Assembly (NCBI GenBank): GCA_044341025.1
Contig: JBIISM010000010.1
Span: forward strand, 16,999 to 80,998
Length of the DNA stretch: 64,000 nt
Direction of reading: 5' to 3'
Source: Bacteroidia bacterium
Lineage (GTDB): Bacteria > Bacteroidota > Bacteroidia > NS11-12g > UBA955
A model generated the notes under the pieces. It was given only the letters and a program-made list of their open reading frames with translations. It searched no databases and was not told where the DNA came from. Both the position numbers and the translations under genes were made by a program. Below are positions 57,841 to 64,000 of the stretch, one piece after another (positions within the stretch are counted from its first letter, which is position 1; every line of letters begins with the position of its first letter).

Positions 57841-57956
57841 ATTTATCCATCCCGTAGCGTGACGCAACAAAGTGGAGTCTCTGCTACTGGGATCAATTTC
57901 TCATTTCATCATTTTCTCAGTTTCTCAATTTCTCAATTCATCAGTTTCCAAACTCC
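57841..57956. repeat. forward hairpin core (57858-57904) followed by a TTTCTCA heptamer run
   Basis: CATCCCGTAGCGTGACGCAACAAAGTGGAGTCTCTGCTACTGGGATC, followed by AATTTCTCATTTCATCATTTTCTCAGTTTCTCAATTTCTCAATTCATCAG. Confidence 0.65.
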
Positions 57957-58003
57957 CCTTGCCTTTCTTTCCTTTTAATCCGATATTTGCATCTTTATTT
58001 TAA

Positions 58004-59440
58004 ATGCAAAGAATTTCAAACTACATCAATGGCGCCTTGCAAAGTCCTGTCAAGTCTTTGTATTTGGACAATTACAACCCTGCAACAGGTGCCGTGTATT
58101 CTCTGATTCCAGATAGTGATGAAGCCGATGTTGATTTGGCCTATACCCATGCCAATGAAGCCTATAAAACCTGGCGTTTAACCTCTTTGGAGGAGCGCTT
58201 TATGGTGCTTAACCGCATAGCTGAATTGATTGATAAAAACAACGACGAATTGGCCCTTGCCGAGAGCATAGACCAAGGAAAACCGGTGTGGTTGGCTAAA
58301 AATGAAATGACCCGTTCGGCGCAAAACTTCCGCTTTTTCGCTACTGCCGCGATGCAGTTTGCCTCTGAAAGCCACAACATGGAAGGTCAAGCCATTAACT
58401 ATACCCTGCGTCAACCCATTGGCGTGGTTGGCTGTATCAGTCCTTGGAACTTGCCCCTGTATTTGTTTACCTGGAAAATTGCGCCAGCCTTAGCGGCTGG
58501 AAATTGTGTGGTGGCCAAGCCCTCTGAAATAACACCTATGACGGCCTTTCTTTTGTCTAAAATTTGCATGGACGCTGGTCTTCCCGCAGGTGTTCTCAAT
58601 ATTGTACACGGTCTTGGCCCTAAAGTGGGATCAGCCTTGGTGTCTCATCCAAAAATTAAAGCCATTTCTTTTACCGGTGGCACCTCTACAGGCAAACACA
58701 TTGCTTCCGTTGCAGCACCGATGTTTAAGAAATTAAGTCTTGAGCTTGGTGGCAAAAACCCGAACATCATTTTTGCCGATTGCGATTTTGAAAAAGCCCT
58801 AAAAACCACTGTGCAAACCTCTTTCCTCAACCAAGGTGAGATTTGCCTTTGCGGTTCACGCATATTTATAGAACGCCCTATTTACGAAAAATTTAAAGCG
58901 GCATTGTTGCTCGAAGTGAGCAAACTCCTAGTGGGCAATCCATTGCTCAAAGAATCACGCATTGGTGCCATTGTGAGTAAATTGCATTTTGAAAAAGTGC
59001 TTTCGTACATTGAATTGGCAAAGCAAGAGGGTGGGAGCATACTAATAGGTGGAACATCTTTGACAATAGAAGGCCATGAAAACGGTTGGTTTATTGCCCC
59101 AACAATTATCGAAAACCTTGCCTACGACTGCCGCTGCAATACCGAAGAAATTTTTGGACCAGTGGTGAGCATTATGCCTTTCGACTCGGCAGATGAAGCA
59201 CTCGAAATGGCGAATTCTAGCGACTACGGTTTGGCTTGCACCATATGGACCCAAGACATCAGCAAAGCCCATAACATGGCCGCCAATATTCAAAGTGGAA
59301 TTGTATGGATTAACTGCTGGTTGTTGCGCGACTTGAGAACCCCTTTTGGAGGGGTTAAGCAAAGTGGTGTAGGCCGCGAAGGTGGTTGGGAAGCCATGCG
59401 CTTTTTTACCGAACCTAAGAATGTATGTATTAAATTGTAA
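58004..59440 (+). CDS. NAD(P)-dependent aldehyde dehydrogenase
   Basis: ELGGKNP matches the conserved aldehyde dehydrogenase glutamate motif. The catalytic Cys region is GEICLCGSRIFI. Confidence 0.85.
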   Translation: MQRISNYINGALQSPVKSLYLDNYNPATGAVYSLIPDSDEADVDLAYTHANEAYKTWRLTSLEERFMVLNRIAELIDKNNDELALAESIDQGKPVWLAKNEMTRSAQNFRFFATAAMQFASESHNMEGQAINYTLRQPIGVVGCISPWNLPLYLFTWKIAPALAAGNCVVAKPSEITPMTAFLLSKICMDAGLPAGVLNIVHGLGPKVGSALVSHPKIKAISFTGGTSTGKHIASVAAPMFKKLSLELGGKNPNIIFADCDFEKALKTTVQTSFLNQGEICLCGSRIFIERPIYEKFKAALLLEVSKLLVGNPLLKESRIGAIVSKLHFEKVLSYIELAKQEGGSILIGGTSLTIEGHENGWFIAPTIIENLAYDCRCNTEEIFGPVVSIMPFDSADEALEMANSSDYGLACTIWTQDISKAHNMAANIQSGIVWINCWLLRDLRTPFGGVKQSGVGREGGWEAMRFFTEPKNVCIKL

Positions 59441-59449
59441 TCTCAAGCC

Positions 59450-60358
59450 TTGAATAAAACCATCGATTTAAAAACATTGCAAACAGGCGATTTTATCACC
59501 CTTGCCCGCGCCATTTCTTTGGTGGAGAACAATCTGCCGGCTGGTAAAGACTTGCTTAACGCTTTGCCCTTCGATGTGCACGTGCCGGTGGTAGGACTCA
59601 CAGGCCCTCCAGGTGCTGGCAAAAGCAGTTTGGTGAATGCCTTGGTCGACCACCTTTTAAAACAAAATAAAAAAATAGGTATACTGGCTGTTGACCCTAC
59701 CTCGCCATTTAATTTTGGTTCTTTGTTGGGCGACCGTATCAGACTTGCTTCGCATTTTAACAACCCAAACGTGTACATCCGCTCTCTGGCTACCCGCGGC
59801 AGTTTGGGCGGATTGTCAGCCCGAATTTTCGAAATCTGCGATGTGATGAAACACGCAGGGTTTGACCTTATTCTCATCGAAACCGTTGGCGTTGGGCAGA
59901 GCGAAGTCGAAATTGCCGGATTGGCCGACACCACCGCGGTGGTGCTGGTGCCAGAAGCAGGCGACGAGGTGCAAACCCTAAAAAGTGGCCTTATGGAAAT
60001 AGCCGATGTGTTTGTTGTAAACAAGTCAGACCGTGATGGTGCCGATCTTTTTGTGCGCAACCTTTCGGCTTTGGTGCATCAAAAAGAGGCAGGAAATTGG
60101 TCTATCCCTGTACTGAAAACCGTTGCCACCACATTTACTGGGATATCCGAATTCTGGGATGCCTTGCAAGCCCACAACCAATTGAACATCGATCCAATAC
60201 GGCAAAACCATTTGAAAACTGAAAAAGCCTTTCAGTTGATCCTTCAAAACAAAATGGCTAAAATCGACAAACAAGAACTTTTTAACAAAATCAGTGCTGA
60301 GTCAAACAAAAACGGATTTAATCTGTATCAATTTCTCAGCAAAGAATATTTAACATGA
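59450..60358 (+). CDS. meaB: MeaB/ArgK-family G3E GTPase
   Basis: GLTGPPGAGKSS is the Walker A. IETVGVGQSE and VNKSDRDGA motifs are also present. Confidence 0.8.
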   Translation: MNKTIDLKTLQTGDFITLARAISLVENNLPAGKDLLNALPFDVHVPVVGLTGPPGAGKSSLVNALVDHLLKQNKKIGILAVDPTSPFNFGSLLGDRIRLASHFNNPNVYIRSLATRGSLGGLSARIFEICDVMKHAGFDLILIETVGVGQSEVEIAGLADTTAVVLVPEAGDEVQTLKSGLMEIADVFVVNKSDRDGADLFVRNLSALVHQKEAGNWSIPVLKTVATTFTGISEFWDALQAHNQLNIDPIRQNHLKTEKAFQLILQNKMAKIDKQELFNKISAESNKNGFNLYQFLSKEYLT

Positions 60359-60942
60359 TTACCATACTAAGCGGCTCGCCGCGAAAAAACAGCAATACCC
60401 TTCGTGTGGCAAAGGCCATACAAAACCATATACAAAGTTTAAACAACGCGGAGACTGCACACGTCATAGATTTCAACCAATTTGATATTCCATCTATGAA
60501 CGCTGGGCGTGTGGATCCCAATAATTTAACAGAATTTCAAGCCAATTTGTTTAATTCCTGTAAAGAATCTGATCTTATTTTTGTTTTAACCCCCGAGTAC
60601 AATTGGTTTCCAAGTGCCGAAATCATCCAAATGGTGCACACCATGGCGGCCCCTGCGTTTAAAGACATGTGGAACAATAAGGTGTTTGCAACCTGTGGCA
60701 CTTCAAACGGCCGCGGTGGACGTATGCCAGCGGTTCAACTTAGTTATACAATTAATAAAATCCTCAATGTTTTCAATTGCGAAAGCATGGTAAGTCCTAA
60801 GATATTCGAATCGCAGTTTACCGATAAAGCCATCGACGAGAACGGACTATCCTTGGGCAACACCGAGTTTATGGCTGGACTCGAGGCTTTCGTGGCATTC
60901 AATTTAAAATTGAAAAACCGCTGGCGAAATACTGAGAATTAA
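60355..60942 (+). CDS. NADPH-dependent FMN reductase-like flavodoxin-fold oxidoreductase
   Basis: The N-terminus MITILSGSPRKNSNTLRVAKAI matches the SxxRxxSxT signature. The gene overlaps the meaB stop (ATGA). Confidence 0.65.
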   Translation: MITILSGSPRKNSNTLRVAKAIQNHIQSLNNAETAHVIDFNQFDIPSMNAGRVDPNNLTEFQANLFNSCKESDLIFVLTPEYNWFPSAEIIQMVHTMAAPAFKDMWNNKVFATCGTSNGRGGRMPAVQLSYTINKILNVFNCESMVSPKIFESQFTDKAIDENGLSLGNTEFMAGLEAFVAFNLKLKNRWRNTEN

Positions 60943-60959
60943 TTTTTAGCGCCTATTTC

Positions 60960-61130
60960 CTGCTTTCTGTTTTAGTCGGCTGCCTACTGGCTTGTTTTGT
61001 ATGCCCTTTCAGGGGCTTATGCCAGTCGCCCTTTCGCGACAACAAAACCTACGCAAGTATTCAGCCGAGCTGCCACGCCAAGCAGGGGCGGGCATTGCGG
61101 AGGGTGAGGGTTGGAGTGGTAATACTCTTT
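60960..61130. other. GC-rich, hairpin-rich non-coding segment of unknown nature
   Basis: Local GC is clearly above the window average. It contains GCCCTTTCAGGGGC, CGCCCTTTCGCG and G-rich GGGGCGGGCATTGCGGAGGGTGAGGGTTGGAGTGG. No convincing ORF is present. Confidence 0.3.
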
Positions 61131-61595
61131 TTTAGCCTTACGGTTTTTAAATACAATGAATTATTTTGACATCAACTACTAGTAGTCAAATGATTTTGTC
61201 TATCATTATTCCCAAAATGTGATAGACAAGCTGTTTTTATGTTCAAACATGCACATCAAGCTGTTTTGAATATCAAAAATGTTGTTGGATCAATTCTGCA
61301 TTTTAAGACATTTTGATAGGACCACGTTTTTTTAAACGCTTAAATATTAAGCTTATATCTTGAAAAAAAAAGGGGTGTAATTTGTTAAAGTGGTCTAATA
61401 GTATTTTATTGCGGTGAGAAACGGTTAAAACCAATTAGAAACGATAAAAACCAATTGCTAACTTCTGAATATACGATAGAAAATGTCCTATATATGACGG
61501 TAGAGGTGTGGAATGGGATATGGAAGTTCGTATATAAGTAAGTTGGCAGAAACCTTTGTACACACTTAATCGACTATACATTTAACAAAATAAAA

Positions 61596-62504
61596 ATGGA
61601 GACAATCAAATTTGATCAACAACCGCAACAAGAGATTGCAACACCTTCTCGAAAAATTTATACATTTGAAAGGCCAAATGAAAATATCGATTTTTCAGTT
61701 GTGAGTTCATTTGGTGAAGAGTGGAAAAAATTTCATCAATTTAGTAATAGTGAAATCAATAAATTAGGAAGTGAGTATTTTGACATTATTGATGATACTA
61801 TTATTAATAAAAATACTTATGGGATTGATATTGGTTGTGGAACGGGAAGATTTACAAAATTTCTTTCGGATAAAATTGGCTTTATCGAAGCAATTGACCC
61901 AAGCGAAGCAATTTTTACTGCTGACAAACTACTCGAAGGTGTACAAAACGTAAGATTGTCCATTGCCTCGACTGACAACATACCTTTTACAGATGAATCA
62001 TTTGATTTTGGAATGAGTGTTGGAGTTTTACATCATATTCCAAACACTTCTAAAGCATTAAATGACTGTGTTAAAAAAATTAAAATTGGAGGCTATTTTT
62101 TTATTTATTTATATTACAATTTAGAGAATAAAGGAACCTTCTTCAAATTCATTTTAACATTAGTTACTGCAATAAGAAAAATTACTAGCAAGCTTCCTAT
62201 GAGTTTAAAGAAAATAGTTTGCGATATAATTGCAATAGTCTTCTATATGCCAATTATTTTATTAGGGCGTCTTTTAAAAAAATGCCAATTAGATAAATTA
62301 GCAAACAAGCTACCATTAAGTGCTTACCAAAATTACACTTTTTTTATAATAAGAAATGATTCTCTTGATAGATTTGGAACAACATTAGAACAGCGTTTTT
62401 CGAGAAAGCAAATTGAAGATATGATGAAAAGTGCAGGATTAGATGAAATAAAAATTTCTGATAAAATCCCGTATTGGCACGCGATAGGAAAACGAATAAA
62501 GTAA
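61596..62504 (+). CDS. class I SAM-dependent methyltransferase (Methyltransf_11/25-like) with a hydrophobic C-terminal segment
   Basis: GIDIGCGTGRFTKFLS matches motif I. ...FDFGMSVGVLHHIPN is present. The gene is very AT-rich compared with its neighbours. Confidence 0.7.
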   Translation: METIKFDQQPQQEIATPSRKIYTFERPNENIDFSVVSSFGEEWKKFHQFSNSEINKLGSEYFDIIDDTIINKNTYGIDIGCGTGRFTKFLSDKIGFIEAIDPSEAIFTADKLLEGVQNVRLSIASTDNIPFTDESFDFGMSVGVLHHIPNTSKALNDCVKKIKIGGYFFIYLYYNLENKGTFFKFILTLVTAIRKITSKLPMSLKKIVCDIIAIVFYMPIILLGRLLKKCQLDKLANKLPLSAYQNYTFFIIRNDSLDRFGTTLEQRFSRKQIEDMMKSAGLDEIKISDKIPYWHAIGKRIK

Positions 62505-62520
62505 GGCATCTGCCAACATT

Positions 62521-62630
62521 GGCTTTGCGTCAGTGTGGCTTTCGTGCTAGGCTGAACATTTATACTTTCTATTAGCTTTTGTACTAAATTTGAACTTAAG
62601 TGCTTTCTATTCCACACCGAACGCAAAGCC
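62521..62630. other. long-range 18 to 19-bp inverted repeat (GGCTTTGCGTCAGTGTGG ... CCACACCGAACGCAAAGCC) enclosing a ~73-bp spacer
   Basis: Read from the sequence, between the methyltransferase and the tandem-repeat protein gene. No T-tract follows on either strand. Confidence 0.45.
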
Positions 62631-62695
62631 AAAAAACGTTGTGTGTCAGCTTACAGACTAACCTCTAAACAAGTAACTTAAAAAAATAAAAATAA

Positions 62696-63109
62696 ATGGC
62701 CACAAAAATTTATCAAGGAGACAGCTCAAACTCTTCAAAAATTCTTTACACTGTAAATGATGGAAAAATTTACCAAGGAGACAGTACAAATTCAAGTAAA
62801 ATAATTTTTACTTGTTCAAATGGACACATATATCAAGGAGATAGTACAAACTCTTCAAAAATATTGTTTACCGTAAATGATGGAAAAGTTTATCTAGGAG
62901 ACAGTACAAACTCAAGTAAAATCGTACATAAGTTTACAAAAGAAAAAGTTTATCAAGGAGATAGCACCAATTCAAGCAAAATTCAACTTACAATTAAAGG
63001 CGATAATTTTTATCAAGGAGACAGCACAAACTCAAGTAAAATCGTTGCGAATGTTGATGGTTGGTTAGACCAAGAAGAATTTGTTGCAATTATCACTGCA
63101 ATAATATAA
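62696..63109 (+). CDS. protein built from six tandem ~20-aa repeats (xYQGDSTNSSKIxxTxxxGx) encoded by six 60-bp DNA repeats
   Basis: The motif (K/V/I/F)YQGDS(S/T)NSSKI recurs six times at a strict 20-aa period. The underlying 60-bp units are about 80% identical. There is no signal peptide. A short C-terminal tail reads DGWLDQEEFVAIITAII. Confidence 0.6.
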   Translation: MATKIYQGDSSNSSKILYTVNDGKIYQGDSTNSSKIIFTCSNGHIYQGDSTNSSKILFTVNDGKVYLGDSTNSSKIVHKFTKEKVYQGDSTNSSKIQLTIKGDNFYQGDSTNSSKIVANVDGWLDQEEFVAIITAII

Positions 63110-63139
63110 TCTTATGATTAGAGAATTTTCTCAAGCTGT

Positions 63140-63217
63140 ATGCGAAAAATTGAACATTATGTTTATGTGCTAAAAGACCCAAGAACTTCTCAAATATTTT
63201 ATATCAAACCAAGTTAG
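63140..63217 (+). pseudogene. 25-codon remnant resembling the N-terminus of a GIY-YIG nuclease (MRKIEHYVYVLKDPRTSQIFYIKPS*)
   Basis: The pattern HYVYVL.D......FYI matches the first GIY-YIG motif. The frame terminates after 25 codons, and the downstream ORF is in a different frame. Confidence 0.3.
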
Positions 63218-63305
63218 AAAACCAACAGTGATTAAGCATCCTCATCTTAAAATACTTCATTCATTGTACTTAAGCGAAACACAGGCTTTTCGTAAAGTAC
63301 ACCGT

Positions 63306-64000
63306 ATGATAGATCTATTTGAAAGCATCATAAAAACACATACAGTTGTGATTCTTTCTGAGTATGTAAAACACAATAAGTTGAGTGATTCGGCCAAGGG
63401 TTTATTGGCGCAAGGTCTTAGAACACCGTCTTTGGGTACCTGGCAATTGTTTAGTAGGGTCATGTTTGAAGAGTTGCAAAAAGACAATTACGAATACTTG
63501 TTGAGTGGTTTTACTAATGAATTTCTTTACTTAGATAAAGCATTGAACCTTGATAAAACCAATGTTGTTGCGATGCGCAATGGATATGCCCATGGCGCAA
63601 CACCAAGCGATGACGCGTGCGAAATTGACATTAAAAAGTTTGATCCTTTTTTAACCCAACTAATGGAGTTGGAATGGTTGGAAAACTCAACATTACAAGT
63701 GCAGAATGGAAAAGTAATGGTAGTTAATGCAAATGGGGCGCTGAGTCTACACCCTATGTTGCTATACCGCAAGGAAGACTCCGATGCTTCTTTTGCCTTT
63801 TTCAATGATTTGAAAAATGATAAAGTAGGACTACTCAATTATCCCTTAGGAAAACATTACCGTGAAAAAGATTTTTTCACCGAGTTTCAAGAATACCTGC
63901 CAATTCAAGATTGGAAAAAAATCGGCAACAATGAATTTTACCAAAGAATTGAAGAACTTACAGAAACATTCAAAGGCAGAACAATTGAACGCGAAAAGCT
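63306..64000 (+). CDS. hypothetical protein with an Rx4H (HEPN-like) motif, 3'-partial (runs off the window end)
   Basis: The open frame (MIDLFESIIKTHTVVILSEYV...VVAMRNGYAHGATPSDD...) continues to position 64000 without a stop. RNGYAH fits the Rx4-6H HEPN signature. The ORF is absent from the supplied track only because no stop is reached. An in-frame GTG at 63228 is an alternative start. Confidence 0.45.
   Translation, partial: MIDLFESIIKTHTVVILSEYVKHNKLSDSAKGLLAQGLRTPSLGTWQLFSRVMFEELQKDNYEYLLSGFTNEFLYLDKALNLDKTNVVAMRNGYAHGATPSDDACEIDIKKFDPFLTQLMELEWLENSTLQVQNGKVMVVNANGALSLHPMLLYRKEDSDASFAFFNDLKNDKVGLLNYPLGKHYREKDFFTEFQEYLPIQDWKKIGNNEFYQRIEELTETFKGRTIEREK

Noticed and set aside
57727-57978. 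83-codon plus-strand ORF spanning the conserved element and hairpin core
   Set aside because: It translates repeat DNA (…SIYPSRSVTQQSGVSATGI… recurs from the core sequence in the 19755-19958 ORF as well). It has no start context and is not independent coding evidence.
60960-61130. GC-rich segment as a tRNA, tmRNA or SRP RNA gene
   Set aside because: No GTTCRANYC T-loop, no tmRNA termini and no SRP domain-IV consensus could be aligned by eye. It is kept only as an unexplained structured segment.

Overview
This is a low-GC Bacteroidetes-type chromosomal window, probably Flavobacteriia or Sphingobacteriia; three T9SS C-terminal sorting domains support that. Most of it is core-genome housekeeping: phoH, purC, valS, a tsaD homologue, a TamB-like protein, an RNase R homologue, pheT, a Nif3 family protein with its COG1579-like zinc-ribbon partner, a polyprenyl synthase, a DEAD-box helicase, a PIF1-like helicase, a SNF2 helicase, a cytochrome c peroxidase, a photolyase and an ALDH-MeaB-flavin reductase operon. 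No rRNA, tRNA or CRISPR array was found.

Five things stand out:
- A PLD-nuclease/SF2-helicase fusion protein with a large C-terminal extension is truncated at the 5' window edge, and the architecture is defence-like.
- A dispersed composite repeat family has at least six copies of a 47-bp hairpin core, with TTTCTCA heptamer runs and GGGATAGGG/GCTAGGG boxes. It occupies most of the larger intergenic regions.
- Embedded in that family is a ~158-nt element present twice at about 80% identity, each immediately upstream of a plus-strand gene. It is a candidate ncRNA, a cis-regulatory leader or the interior of a MITE.
- A light-response cluster is present: a photolyase, a TIGR01777 epimerase and a divergent CarH-type MerR/B12 regulator. 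The regulator carries a visible Wx9EH motif and is translationally coupled to an orphan duplicated ABC ATPase.
- The 3' end of the window (about 60.9 to 64.0 kb) is a compositionally odd islet. It holds a GC-rich structured segment, an AT-rich tract rich in inverted repeats, an AT-rich SAM methyltransferase, a protein made of six 20-aa tandem repeats, a GIY-YIG-like remnant and a partial ORF with an Rx4H (HEPN-like) motif.

All functional calls rest on motifs I could read in the translated ORFs. No database search was run.
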